Part shown: positions 10,470 through 20,323 of the stretch, piece by piece
Layout of the letters: each line of letters opens with the position of its first letter
Numbering within the stretch: position 1 is the stretch's first letter
Source of the DNA: an uncultured cyanobacterium
Lineage (GTDB): Bacteria; Cyanobacteriota; Cyanobacteriia; Phormidesmidales; Phormidesmidaceae
DNA length: 64,000 bases
Direction: 5' to 3'
NCBI GenBank assembly: GCA_963793265.1
Contig: CAWBZI010000007.1
Coordinates: 320,001 to 384,000 of the forward strand
The notes under the pieces: generated by a model
The model's database searches: none
Told to the model about the DNA's origin: nothing
Seen by the model: the letters and a program-made list of their open reading frames with translations, nothing else
Position numbers and translations under genes: made by a program

Positions 10470-10661
10470 GGCTAGAACCTTGTACAAAATTGCTGGGGCT
10501 GACAGAGTTGATGAACGATAACGTACATTTGTATTATTTTCAAGAGAATTCTGCTATTTTCTACGTATTCGTGAGAATTCTTAAGGTGGCTCTTGCACAG
10601 ATAGTCGGCATTGCCGATAATACAAGCTATCTACTTAATCACTGACTTGTACAGATATCTA

Positions 10662-11006
10662 ATGGTTAATGTGTCTATTGTAAAATCTGAGCTGTTAGAA
10701 AAAATGGTTCAAGCCATCGTCAAGGTAGCTGAGCCTGAGAAAATAGTTCTCTTTGGCTCTAGAGCAAAAGGAACTGCTCAATTCGATTCTGATTATGACT
10801 TTTTAGTCATCAAATCAAAGTCATATTTTGAGAAATATAGTCGTCGTAAAGAGTCTGGTAATTTGAGGCGAGCGCTGGCGAAGTTTGAAGTGTCGAAGGA
10901 TATTTTAATGTACAGCGCTGACGAGGTAGAGCAGAGACAGAACTGGAGAAACGATATTGTTTCTTGCGCCTTGAAAGAAGGTCAGGTGCTCTATGAACGA
11001 TCTTGA
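10662..11006 (+). CDS. Minimal nucleotidyltransferase (MNT) antitoxin-like protein
   Basis: GS-X10-DXD motif (GSRAKGTAQFDSDYD); C-terminal 'EGQVLYE'; overlaps the HEPN gene. Confidence 0.88.
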   Translation: MVNVSIVKSELLEKMVQAIVKVAEPEKIVLFGSRAKGTAQFDSDYDFLVIKSKSYFEKYSRRKESGNLRRALAKFEVSKDILMYSADEVEQRQNWRNDIVSCALKEGQVLYERS

Positions 11007-11424
11007 GAAGGCTCAAGAACTCTTTAAAGCTTCTGAAAGAGAACTGAGAGGTTTGATTGGAATGCTTCAAGTTAAGGACATGTTTTCCGATGAGTTTTTT
11101 GGACAACACGTACAACAGGCAACCGAAAAACTTCTAAAAGCATGGATAGCGGCACTTGGCGAAGATTTTCCATACACACATGATTTGGAGCGTTTGCTTC
11201 AGCAGCTAGACGATTTACGGGGTGATGTTGCTGACTATTGGAGCTTGGTAGATTTTACCGACTTTGCTGTGAGGATCAAATATGAATCTTTGCTAGCAGA
11301 TGTCGAACCTATTGAACGAGAGGCTGTAGTTGCACAAGTTCAAAGTCTTTATGACCGAGTAAAGACCTTATTGCAGCCATCAAATGAAGGATCATTCACG
11401 GAACAAGAACTGCCTAAAAATTAG
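10993..11424 (+). CDS. HEPN domain protein (MNT/HEPN pair)
   Basis: 'QQATEKLLKA' and 'YTHDLERL' HEPN motifs; overlaps the 3' end of the MNT gene. Confidence 0.85.
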   Translation: MNDLEKAQELFKASERELRGLIGMLQVKDMFSDEFFGQHVQQATEKLLKAWIAALGEDFPYTHDLERLLQQLDDLRGDVADYWSLVDFTDFAVRIKYESLLADVEPIEREAVVAQVQSLYDRVKTLLQPSNEGSFTEQELPKN

Positions 11425-11463
11425 ATTTGTTATGGAAATATATTTAGACAGATCGCGAGTTTT

Positions 11464-12114
11464 CTAAGGCAACAAATGTTCGTGTGCCCAGAGTGCGGCT
11501 TGGGTGCGATCGCGTGCCTCTAAAAGACTAAAAATATTGGTCAAATGATTCTTAATTGTGCCCTCGGTTAAATGCAGCGCCGCCGCGATCTCTCTGTTGC
11601 TACAGCCTTTGCCCAACAGCTTCAATATCTCTAGCTCACGAGCATTGAACAGTCTTATAGTATCTTTTTCAGGCGTAGCTTTGGGCGTGGCGATCGCTGC
11701 TCTCACCTGAGAGAATACCTTAGTAGCAATCGTGGGGCCAAGCTGAGAGTAGCCGTGATGGACGTTGCGAATCGCGATCGCAACCTGTTTAGCAGGCGTA
11801 CTCTTAAGCAAATAGCCCAGCGCCCCCATCTCTAAAGACTGAAACACATAGTCATCTTCATCAAACGTCGTCAGCACCAAAATCCGAATCCAGGGAAACT
11901 GCTGGTGGATCTGGCGCGTGGCTTCTACGCCATTACACACCGGCATCCGCATATCCATCAAAATCACATCGGGCTGAAGCTGAGCGCTTAATTCTCTTGA
12001 CTCTTGCCCATCACTAGCCTCGCCCACAATCTCAAAATCCGTCTCTAGCCTCAGCAAAGATGCCAGACCTTGCCTAAACATAGGCTGATCGTCCACCAGC
12101 AAAATCTTAATCAT
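11464..12114 (-). CDS. NarL/LuxR family response regulator
   Basis: Receiver LLVDD / LMD / LTTF / LLK; LuxR HTH 'SNREIA..L..TEGT.KNH'. Confidence 0.93.
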   Translation of the reverse strand: MIKILLVDDQPMFRQGLASLLRLETDFEIVGEASDGQESRELSAQLQPDVILMDMRMPVCNGVEATRQIHQQFPWIRILVLTTFDEDDYVFQSLEMGALGYLLKSTPAKQVAIAIRNVHHGYSQLGPTIATKVFSQVRAAIATPKATPEKDTIRLFNARELEILKLLGKGCSNREIAAALHLTEGTIKNHLTNIFSLLEARDRTQAALWAHEHLLP

Positions 12115-13415
12115 CGCGGAATCACTACTCGAATAGTCGTGCCTACAGCGGCGGTGCTCTGTATTGTCATCTGACCTCTCAATAAGTGCACACGCTCCTG
12201 CATTCCTCGTAAACCAAATCCAGTGTTAGACGTCTTATGTGAGAACCCAACGCCGTTATCTGAAAGTTCTAACGTGACCTTTTTGGCAGTTGTTTGTATC
12301 CATAGGTTAAGCTCGGAGGCTTGAGCGTGCTTGCCAACGTTGACTAAGCCTTCTTTAACAATTAGATATAGCTGTTGGTTCACCTGAAGCGGCAGGATAG
12401 GGACATCAATTTGGGTGGTCACCTCAAGGTGATGCGTTTGCTTGATTTGTGCTATGAGATTAGCGATCGCCTCTTCTAAATCAAAGTCGCTGTGGCGCAT
12501 CGTAGAAACAGCGCGACGCACGTCCTGCAAAGACTCGCTGGAAAGCTCTTTAGCAATATTTAATGCCCGCAATGACTCATCAGGGTTTTGCGTGCGAAGC
12601 GTTTGCGCGACCTCTAGCTGCACATCAAGGGTCGTGAGCGTATGACCGAGCGAATCATGAATGTTTCGAGCAATTCGAGTCCTTTCTAGATCTGCGGCTA
12701 AAGCCTCTACTGTTTGGGCGAGTTCTACGGCCTGCTGCCTGCTTTTGCGCTCGGTAAGTATTGCCATACTCAACAGAACCACTAAAAAGCTCAGCGTGAT
12801 ATAAATAGTGCTGCTATTGACCAGCTCAGCTAAAAACAACAGTGACTTATTAGGTGCTGCTAAAAAATAGCCGTAGTCCTTTCGCAGCACTTCTACCGGC
12901 CCAAAGTAGCTGTGAGACATATTTTTTGCCACCCCTAGCTGCCAGGCAACGCCACCGGCAATAGTGGTAAAAATCACGTCTGAACGGCTTAGCAAAAAAC
13001 AGCTTTTCACCAAAACCAAATACATGATTGGATCGAGATCCCAGCCTGCAAAGGTTCGCCCTGCAAGCAAACAAACAATCTCTATAAAAATGTAGCCTCG
13101 CCGCTGCCACAGAGGCCGGTTGACTGGAAAGACATTGCTCAACGCGGCTAATACAAAGACTAACGCCAGCGCTAAATAGTTTCCGGCATCGGCGCGAAAG
13201 CTTGAAGATTTGCTCAGCACCTCCATCAGCAGCCGTAAGGCCAGCGCCAACAAAGAAGCCCACTCTATATAAAGCAGGGCCCTGTAGATAGAAGGGGCGA
13301 TTGTTTGGGCTGCATTTGAGCGCGACGCGGCAGTTGTCGTCACAGGTTCCTTGTTTGAAGCGTGTTGAGTGCGATATTTAATCACAGCGCCGCCCTTTTT
13401 ATCAGGTGAGGTCAA
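12111..13415 (-). CDS. Membrane sensor histidine kinase (HisKA_3)
   Basis: Multiple TM helices; 'ERTRIARNIHDSLGH'; 'DNGVGF', 'GFGLRGMQER'. 4-bp overlap with the regulator. Confidence 0.92.
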   Translation of the reverse strand: MTSPDKKGGAVIKYRTQHASNKEPVTTTAASRSNAAQTIAPSIYRALLYIEWASLLALALRLLMEVLSKSSSFRADAGNYLALALVFVLAALSNVFPVNRPLWQRRGYIFIEIVCLLAGRTFAGWDLDPIMYLVLVKSCFLLSRSDVIFTTIAGGVAWQLGVAKNMSHSYFGPVEVLRKDYGYFLAAPNKSLLFLAELVNSSTIYITLSFLVVLLSMAILTERKSRQQAVELAQTVEALAADLERTRIARNIHDSLGHTLTTLDVQLEVAQTLRTQNPDESLRALNIAKELSSESLQDVRRAVSTMRHSDFDLEEAIANLIAQIKQTHHLEVTTQIDVPILPLQVNQQLYLIVKEGLVNVGKHAQASELNLWIQTTAKKVTLELSDNGVGFSHKTSNTGFGLRGMQERVHLLRGQMTIQSTAAVGTTIRVVIPR

Positions 13416-13553
13416 TGTATAAATTCAAGCAGAATAATGACTGGCTGTTTCAGTACGGTATCTATCTTTTTTAATAGATCACACTTACCAAAGCAGCTTA
13501 ACTAAAACATTATCTAGCCCTTATCAGAATTTTCTATAAACCTTAGAAGTGAC

Positions 13554-13579
13554 AAACGTCATGATTTGGCATGACGTTT
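13554..13579. promoter_or_regulatory. Perfect inverted repeat AAACGTCATG-N6-CATGACGTTT, probable response-regulator operator
   Basis: Seen directly in the divergent promoter region between the kinase and the 13647 operon. Confidence 0.55.
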
Positions 13580-13646
13580 CGCTATAGGAGAGGGCAGACA
13601 AGCGTCGCTAGTATTCGGGCAAGACCGCTGCTACAACAAACGAACT

Positions 13647-14330
13647 ATGAACCATTTTTCAGTATTAATTTGGCTATTGCGCGATCGCCGCAAGTTTTTA
13701 GATGATGTGCGATCGCATACTAAACTAGACACCAAAATCGCCTCGCTCTTAGTTGCCAGCAGCCTATTTTTCTCAATATACGGTGCCATCATCGGCTCCT
13801 ATGGCGGCGGCTTACAAATCATCTCTTCTGCTATCAAGCTCCCTTCGCTATACCTCTTAACGCTAGTTATCTGTCTGCCTGCGCTTTACTTCTTTGATAT
13901 TCTCTTCGGCTCTAAGCTGAGCTTTAAGCAGTATGCAGCCATGGCGCTGACCTCGGTTGCCGTCATTAGCGTGTTGTTGTTTAGCTTCGCGCCAGTCGTC
14001 CTGTTCTTTTTAATTTCGGTGAGAGGCTACGACTTCTTTTTGATGCTGAACGTACTGGTGATGGCGATTACAGGCTGCGTTGGCGTGAGACTCTTTTACA
14101 AGGGGATGCTCGATATGGTAGGCCCGCAGGCCATTGAGCAAACTATGCGTCGCCGGTTATTACAAGGATGGGTTGTGCTGTATGCCCTAGTGGGCTCACA
14201 GCTTGGCTGGACGCTTAGACCCTTTGTCGGCAGCAACAGCGAGGCTTTTCAGATTTTTAGGCCCGAAATTGACGGCAATTTTTATGCTCAAGTTGTTCGC
14301 TCTATTAGCTCTATGCTGGGTCTGAATTGA
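13647..14330 (+). CDS. Conserved multi-pass membrane protein
   Basis: About 5 hydrophobic segments; 'IKLP.LYLLTL.ICLP.LYFF', 'VGSQLGWTLRPF' motifs of a family I recall being auto-annotated as WH2-domain protein. Confidence 0.75.
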   Translation: MNHFSVLIWLLRDRRKFLDDVRSHTKLDTKIASLLVASSLFFSIYGAIIGSYGGGLQIISSAIKLPSLYLLTLVICLPALYFFDILFGSKLSFKQYAAMALTSVAVISVLLFSFAPVVLFFLISVRGYDFFLMLNVLVMAITGCVGVRLFYKGMLDMVGPQAIEQTMRRRLLQGWVVLYALVGSQLGWTLRPFVGSNSEAFQIFRPEIDGNFYAQVVRSISSMLGLN

Positions 14331-14376
14331 TCGCTCCAGATCGGCGTGAAGGAACTGGGCGTTAGGAACACCAACT

Positions 14377-15075
14377 ATGAATGAAGGATCGATTCGCTTA
14401 GACAGTTTAAGAATCGGCTCACAAGAGCTAGACGAGATAACAGGCTTAGATATTAGCTATATGACAATGGGATGGGCTTACCGTCAGCGTGCGTTTGAGC
14501 CTGAGCATCGATGGGCGTTGTTGATCGATCAAGTGCTGAGCGGCTGTATGGCGCTGGTGCTGTGCATTCCGATTATGGTAACGCTGGTGCGGGCGGCAAG
14601 TGGCGACGATGTGCAGGCTGTGTGGCGATCGCTGCCGATAGGGTTTTTGGGTGCGATCGCGCTTACCCTTGTCTGGAATCTCTTTCGCTGGCAAGCAGGC
14701 AAGCGTCTGATCACGCTAAGCCACCTACTCGACGAAATTGACCGCTTTAACGAGATGGTTGTCGCCGTCGAAATTTTAGAAGAACTTGGCTCAACAACAC
14801 AGCCGCTCACGCTAGAAAACCGACATGACGTGATAGAAGCGCTTCATTTAACCCGAGAGAATTTGGTATATGGGCTCTCTACAGAGCGAATTATGCGCAG
14901 GCACCAGCGGTTTATGGCCCGCCGTCAGGAAATGTTCTCTAGCATTGAGAGAAACTTAGTCACACTGCATCTCTTAGATGTCAGTAATGAGGCCAGCGAG
15001 TATGGCCAACTGCTCAATGAGGCCATCATGATTGGTATTAGCGTCCGTGAAGAATTAGCAAAAGATTCTCTTTAA
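14377..15075 (+). CDS. Hypothetical 2-TM protein with helical C-terminal domain
   Basis: 232-aa ORF in a tight operon; two TM segments followed by a coiled region. Confidence 0.7.
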   Translation: MNEGSIRLDSLRIGSQELDEITGLDISYMTMGWAYRQRAFEPEHRWALLIDQVLSGCMALVLCIPIMVTLVRAASGDDVQAVWRSLPIGFLGAIALTLVWNLFRWQAGKRLITLSHLLDEIDRFNEMVVAVEILEELGSTTQPLTLENRHDVIEALHLTRENLVYGLSTERIMRRHQRFMARRQEMFSSIERNLVTLHLLDVSNEASEYGQLLNEAIMIGISVREELAKDSL

Positions 15076-15089
15076 TTTCGCCTACTATC

Positions 15090-16496
15090 ATGTTTTCTAC
15101 ATCCTCCTACTTCCTTCGTTTCACTTCAGTTTCTGCAGTCGCTAGTGCCCTTGCAGTAGTTGGCTCAGTCGCTATCCCGATGATTGTGCCCTGTCGCACC
15201 GCAGCCTGGGCAAATCACGACCGGCATGGACGAGAGCAAACGGAGCAAACAACACATCTTTTTGGTCGAAATGCTCAAAGCGGTAGAGATGGCAGCTCGG
15301 GTCGTGATGGACAATCTGGGGCTGACCAGACTATCTATGTGCAAGGCGCTCCTATGCGCTTAGATCTCTCTGGCCGCGATGGCGAAGCGGGCCGCGATGG
15401 CGAAGATGCTAGGCGACCTCGCTGCGAAAGACAGCCTCGGAACAGGCGCTATCATCAGCGGGCCGCAAGCGGTGGCGACGGCGGCGACGGGGGCGCAGGT
15501 GGTGACGGCGGCAATGGGGGCCTTTTGACAATTCACTATGCAAACCCTGAAGACTTGCGGCAGGTACTTGTGAATGCGGCGGGCGGTAAGGGCGATCGCG
15601 GCGGACGCGGCGGGCAGGGAACTAACGGCTGCAACTGTAGTGACTATCGGTGGACGGTTGAGGTGTGTGATGAGGAGACTTGTCACGATGAGCACTATAC
15701 CTGCCAAGCGGGACGCGATGGTGAAGATGGACAGAATGGTCGAGACGGTGCAGCAGGCGAACTGGGCTATGTCACGTTGATTGATCAGCTTGCAGCGCTA
15801 CCCTCCGAAAGACCTAGCCAAACAAAATCAATAGAGCGGCTGGCTAACGGTGAGCCGGTCAGATTATCTCGTAATCTTTGGGAAATTCGCAGCGGCGCGA
15901 GCGGACTTTTGGCCCCTGGTTCTGTTGTTCAAGATGATTACAAAGCCTATAAAGGCTTCATAGAACAACAGTTTTCTTTAGACTGGCAGGCACCGCAAGA
16001 CTTTGACGCGTTTGATGATGAAGTGAATCTGTCACTCGCAGAAGATGGCGAGGTTGAGATGATTTTTCCTGATTCGTATTGGCTGTTGGGCGAGACTCTC
16101 GAACAAGTGGATTCAACTACCTATCGCGTAGAGGGCATTTTACCAATTGATGATGTCACCCGGCTAGCTATGGGTCGGGTGACAGGTCGCAGCCGCACGT
16201 TTGAAGTGAGTGCGATTGATCAAGCTCAGCTATCAGACGAATTAGACACTGAGTTTGAGGTACGCTACAGCACCTCAAACAACGAGGGGCGTCGCTACGA
16301 GGTTAAGTACGAGGGGCCCGTGCCTGCTGATTTGATTGTGCGCGATCACAACAAATTCACGCTAGCGTTGGGGCGACTGCCGATTCGCTCTCAGCTTATG
16401 AGTGGCGGTACTGAGGCGCGCGTGGAGCTGATTGCTACCCGCAGCTATGGCCGCAATTCTAAGCAGCAAACGCTTACTTGGTCGGGGCGTTTGTAG
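15090..16496 (+). CDS. Secreted collagen-like (Gly-X-Y) protein
   Basis: Signal peptide; several G-X-Y runs (GRDGSSGRDGQSG, GGDGGDGGAGGDGGNGG, GRDGEDGQNGRDG) around a Cys cluster. Confidence 0.8.
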   Translation: MFSTSSYFLRFTSVSAVASALAVVGSVAIPMIVPCRTAAWANHDRHGREQTEQTTHLFGRNAQSGRDGSSGRDGQSGADQTIYVQGAPMRLDLSGRDGEAGRDGEDARRPRCERQPRNRRYHQRAASGGDGGDGGAGGDGGNGGLLTIHYANPEDLRQVLVNAAGGKGDRGGRGGQGTNGCNCSDYRWTVEVCDEETCHDEHYTCQAGRDGEDGQNGRDGAAGELGYVTLIDQLAALPSERPSQTKSIERLANGEPVRLSRNLWEIRSGASGLLAPGSVVQDDYKAYKGFIEQQFSLDWQAPQDFDAFDDEVNLSLAEDGEVEMIFPDSYWLLGETLEQVDSTTYRVEGILPIDDVTRLAMGRVTGRSRTFEVSAIDQAQLSDELDTEFEVRYSTSNNEGRRYEVKYEGPVPADLIVRDHNKFTLALGRLPIRSQLMSGGTEARVELIATRSYGRNSKQQTLTWSGRL

Positions 16497-16518
16497 ATAG
16501 GCCGCTTTGTTGCGCTTT

Positions 16519-17826
16519 TCAAATCCAGGAAGGTAGCCACCATCTATGGCTTAAGCTCTCTGGCGTAAGCGGTGCGCCTAAGCTCAGCGGGAGCCAAAAG
16601 AGAAATGCTAGGGCGATCGCAATCACCATTGCCAGTCCAACTGTTTTCACCCAGGCAGGCGATCGCCCGCTTGGCATACACAGCCACTCACTCAACAGCC
16701 AAGCGAGCCCCATAAAGCTAAAAATAGCCGAGGGCATATACAAATAAATAAAAGTGCAGCGTTTCACTAAAATCCAGGGCAACCAGTTAGCCAAATAGCC
16801 CGCTAAGAGATAAGTGCTAAGACTATCGGTAGCTGCTTTGCGAGCTTTCGCTTGGGCATATCTCTTAAGTGAAAGTACAACAATAGCTGCGCTAGAAAGC
16901 CACCACAAAATAGGATTTCCCATATTGTTGACGGTGTAGACCTGCTGGCCTGCGTCTTCGTACCAGTAGGCAATGGGTTTGATTAAAAGCGGCCAGGTGT
17001 ACCACTTTGAGCAGGCTGAGTGGCCGGTAGTCGGGAGGCCCTGGTGAAAGGTGAGTAGGGATTGGTGTAGGGTTAGTAGGTTTTGGCTGGTGAGATGAAT
17101 GTGGGGTAGCCAGATCAGAAGGTATGTGATGAGTGGAACTAAAAGGGTGTAAAAGAGAAGATTGAACCGGCGGGTTTTGTTCTTTGGGCGGCATAGTTCC
17201 CAGCAGATGAGGCTAAGGACGAAGCCTAGACCGTTCCACTTTGTTGCGATCGCACCTCCCAAACAAATCCCCGCTAACAGCCTCAGGCCGTCTCTAACAA
17301 AAGGAGACTGAGCCTTTGAGTGCAGCCATAGCCAGTGCCCCAAAAAGCCAAAAAACACCGTGTATATGTTGATTAGCCCGTAGCGGGATTCGGTGATAAA
17401 AAGGCCATCTATGGCAACAAAGCTGCCTGCTAAAAGCGCAAACGTGATTGCTCTAGCTCGGTGACGTGAATGGCTAAACCCTTGGCTCAACAGTCGAGCA
17501 ATATCTGTGACAACTAAAGGAATCAGGCTTCCTACTAGCGCGTTCATCCATCGGTAGGAGAATGGCGATTCGACATTGAAGAGGCGACCAAAAAGACGAT
17601 TGCTGCTGAACTGATCGCTTAGCCATATGGCAGCCGCAATGAAGTATTTGCCCAAAGGTGGATGAGCATCAAACTGAGGCGCTTGTTCTAAATAAGCCTG
17701 AGCAAATTTGACAAAGTAGACCTCATCAAACACCAGATCGCTAAAGCGAGAAAGCTGCCAAAATCGGAGGCCAAAGCTCAGAAGTGCGATCGCTAACAGT
17801 CCGAGGCAATAGAACGCTCTGAGCAC
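16519..17826 (-). CDS. PMT-family (GT-C) phospholipid-carrier-dependent protein glycosyltransferase
   Basis: 'VFDEVYF', 'FDAHPPLGK', 'ESRYGL', 'KWNG', 'S.WYTWP', 'GNPILWW', 'FIYLYMP' motifs; polytopic membrane protein. Confidence 0.88.
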   Translation of the reverse strand: MLRAFYCLGLLAIALLSFGLRFWQLSRFSDLVFDEVYFVKFAQAYLEQAPQFDAHPPLGKYFIAAAIWLSDQFSSNRLFGRLFNVESPFSYRWMNALVGSLIPLVVTDIARLLSQGFSHSRHRARAITFALLAGSFVAIDGLFITESRYGLINIYTVFFGFLGHWLWLHSKAQSPFVRDGLRLLAGICLGGAIATKWNGLGFVLSLICWELCRPKNKTRRFNLLFYTLLVPLITYLLIWLPHIHLTSQNLLTLHQSLLTFHQGLPTTGHSACSKWYTWPLLIKPIAYWYEDAGQQVYTVNNMGNPILWWLSSAAIVVLSLKRYAQAKARKAATDSLSTYLLAGYLANWLPWILVKRCTFIYLYMPSAIFSFMGLAWLLSEWLCMPSGRSPAWVKTVGLAMVIAIALAFLFWLPLSLGAPLTPESLSHRWWLPSWI

Positions 17827-17841
17827 AATCCGGGCACAAAC

Positions 17842-18771
17842 TTAGTTAATTTTGGGCTGCTGAACGGCTATTGTAGGGCCATTCAACCGCTTCACAACCC
17901 CCATACCCAAGCGAGTATTGCGGCCAATAGCGCAGTAGCGGGTGAAGTCGGCCAGGGTATTCACTCGTTTGATCGTCAGCGGGTCACTATCGCCTGCGAT
18001 GCGAAAGCTAATTTGTCCCGTGCAGCCAACAATCAGCTCAGGTGAGCTGCGTCGCAAGTTTCGGGTCACCTCGGTTTGAATATTGAAATTCACGGGGATA
18101 ATGTTGCTGATTAGGCTGGGTGCAAATACCAGACCACTGTAGCAATTCCATTGTTTTCTAAGCGAGTGAAAGACCACTTCGGCCGTGGGTAAAGGCGTGA
18201 GATAGCCCGCATTACTGAAGGCAGTAGGGGTTACAAACTGCAGGTGAATATCGCGATCGCAGCTAGAGGCGTGCTCATAAATATCACGGTAGCTACAGCT
18301 AGAGGCCCAGTCAATACCCGGTAAATCGGCGGCGATACTGGTGATGGTAACGCTGCTGGAACCTAAAGGAAAAGGCTCGTCTCGGAGCTGATTCCAAAGG
18401 AAAATGAGATGGTCGAAGAGGTCATCATCTAGAAAGGAAATTCGCCACCAGCAGGAGACGTTTGCCTGTAAAGCCTCTCTATGAGCGTACTGAAGCTGGC
18501 AGGTCTGTAACCTCGCTTGAGACTGCACTTTAGAGGGAAACAGGCGAACATTACTCTTGGACGAAGGCCGCGCTGGCCAGCTAACCCCTTCAGACTGAAG
18601 CGCACTTAAGGCGTAGGAACGGTTGCTTTTATCGCGCCGAAGAACATGGCCTAGCTCTGGATCTACCGCCTCTACTAGCTCAAAAAATAGCATCTGCAAG
18701 GAATAGCCCTGTAGATGATCCAGGCTGATAGAAGACTGGGTGACTAAGTTGAGCACAAGACTTTGGGGCAT
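17842..18771 (-). CDS. cas6: Orphan Cas6-like RAMP protein, probably degenerate
   Basis: 'SLVLNL', 'WWRISFLDD.LF', 'LQFVTPTAF', 'PLP..VF.SL...WN', 'G..G...F' and C-terminal G-rich loop AIGRNTRLGMG typical of cyanobacterial Cas6. Confidence 0.85.
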   Translation of the reverse strand: MPQSLVLNLVTQSSISLDHLQGYSLQMLFFELVEAVDPELGHVLRRDKSNRSYALSALQSEGVSWPARPSSKSNVRLFPSKVQSQARLQTCQLQYAHREALQANVSCWWRISFLDDDLFDHLIFLWNQLRDEPFPLGSSSVTITSIAADLPGIDWASSCSYRDIYEHASSCDRDIHLQFVTPTAFSNAGYLTPLPTAEVVFHSLRKQWNCYSGLVFAPSLISNIIPVNFNIQTEVTRNLRRSSPELIVGCTGQISFRIAGDSDPLTIKRVNTLADFTRYCAIGRNTRLGMGVVKRLNGPTIAVQQPKIN

Positions 18772-19108
18772 ACGTTCTATGCGAAGTATTCACGCAAACA
18801 TGTAGATAAACAGTGACAGCATGTGAGGCGGAAGGCTGTTAACCTCGGCCTAATTAAAAGATAGTCAGAAATAGCACCCTCAGAAAAAGACATAAAGGTA
18901 AGGAGAAAGTGTTAGAAAAATCGCTGGGTTCATCAAATCTTTAAACTAAAAGAACCTAAAAGGCTAGACTCTACTCAATCACATCTATTTCATATATCTA
19001 TGGAGCTTGATGTAAAGTTTTACTTTAAGCAAGCGATTGTACTTAGCCAATAAAGGCTATGACAGCTCGTCAACTGGGCTTTAGTCTTGAAAATAAGGTT
19101 TTAGAAAG

Positions 19109-20323
19109 ATGTGGCGAAGTATGAGTAAGCGCGCTATTTGGCAGGGCGTGATTTGGCTGGCGGCTGGGGTGACTTTTTTGTTGAGTCTGTGGATTGTGCT
19201 GCCCGGCACTAATTTATTTCTTTTGACCCTGGCGGTGGGGGCTCCTGAAATAAGCCCGCTTTTAGGACTCATAGCGCTCATTTTGCTAGTGCTGGCGCTG
19301 CGACTGTATCTTCGAAAGCATCCTCGAAAAAAAGGGTTTCGAGGACGCGCTTTTCGCCTGCTAGTAGCGATGCTGCTAGTGACGCTGACGCTGAGCAGCT
19401 TGCCCTTGTTGCAGCAACCCGGTGCGGTAGCCCAAGCGAATAGATCGATGGCGATCGCATTTCCCAATGCAACCCCAGCCGCGACGACTGCGCCCACCTT
19501 TAGCTGGCTTAATTTTGCCAGAGGCATCCCTACCCAAAACGTACGCTATCAGGGCCAAATTCCGTTTGCCTCACCGGACAATCAGCCTCTATTTTTAGAT
19601 ATTTATCAGCCGCCAGAGGTGGGGCAGTATCCGGCAGTGGTGACGATTTATGGGGGGAGCTGGAAACAGGGGAGCCCTGCGTCGAGTGAGAAGATTGGGC
19701 GATATTTGGCGGCTAGGGGCTACGTGGTGGTAGCGGTGGACTATCGACACGCACCTGAGCATCGCTTTCCAGCGCAGTTAGAAGATGTGCAGGCGGCTTT
19801 GGATTTTGTGTACGATCGCACCGATGAGTATGAAATTTTGCGCGATCGCATCGGCCTATTAGGCTGGTCAGCAGGCGCACATTTAGCCATGCTCGCAGGC
19901 TTCCAATCCTCACAAATCAAAAGCATCGTAGACTACTACGGCCCGGTAGATTTGGCGGCTGGATATGCAGATCCGCCGAACCCCGATCCAATAGATGTCA
20001 GGCAGGTGCTTTTAGCCTTTATGGGCGGCCCGCCGAGCGAGCTACCTGAAGCCTACGCAGTAGCTTCACCGATTACCTACGTAAACTCTGCTCAGCCCAA
20101 GACGCTGCCGCCTGTTTTACTCATTTACGGCGGGCGAGATCATCTAGTCGAATCGCGATTTGGCAGGCGGCTATACGAAGCCCTGATTGCATCCCAGAAC
20201 CTCGCCGTTTGGGTAAAAATTCCCTGGGCCGAACACGCCTTTGATTCGATATTTAATGGCGTTAGCAATCAGATGGCGCTGCACTTTATAGAGCGATTTT
20301 TGTCGCAAACACTGGGGCGCTAA
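19109..20323 (+). CDS. Membrane-anchored alpha/beta hydrolase (HSL-like lipase/esterase)
   Basis: YGGSW oxyanion motif, GWSAG nucleophile, D-H.V and AEHAFD. Confidence 0.88.
   Translation: MWRSMSKRAIWQGVIWLAAGVTFLLSLWIVLPGTNLFLLTLAVGAPEISPLLGLIALILLVLALRLYLRKHPRKKGFRGRAFRLLVAMLLVTLTLSSLPLLQQPGAVAQANRSMAIAFPNATPAATTAPTFSWLNFARGIPTQNVRYQGQIPFASPDNQPLFLDIYQPPEVGQYPAVVTIYGGSWKQGSPASSEKIGRYLAARGYVVVAVDYRHAPEHRFPAQLEDVQAALDFVYDRTDEYEILRDRIGLLGWSAGAHLAMLAGFQSSQIKSIVDYYGPVDLAAGYADPPNPDPIDVRQVLLAFMGGPPSELPEAYAVASPITYVNSAQPKTLPPVLLIYGGRDHLVESRFGRRLYEALIASQNLAVWVKIPWAEHAFDSIFNGVSNQMALHFIERFLSQTLGR

Noticed and set aside
13647..14330. Actin-binding WH2 function
   Set aside because: The protein is mostly transmembrane and shows no WH2 motif; the label is likely an annotation artefact.
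18772..19108. CRISPR array or leader next to cas6
   Set aside because: No repeated 25-40 bp unit with spacers is visible here or elsewhere in the window.
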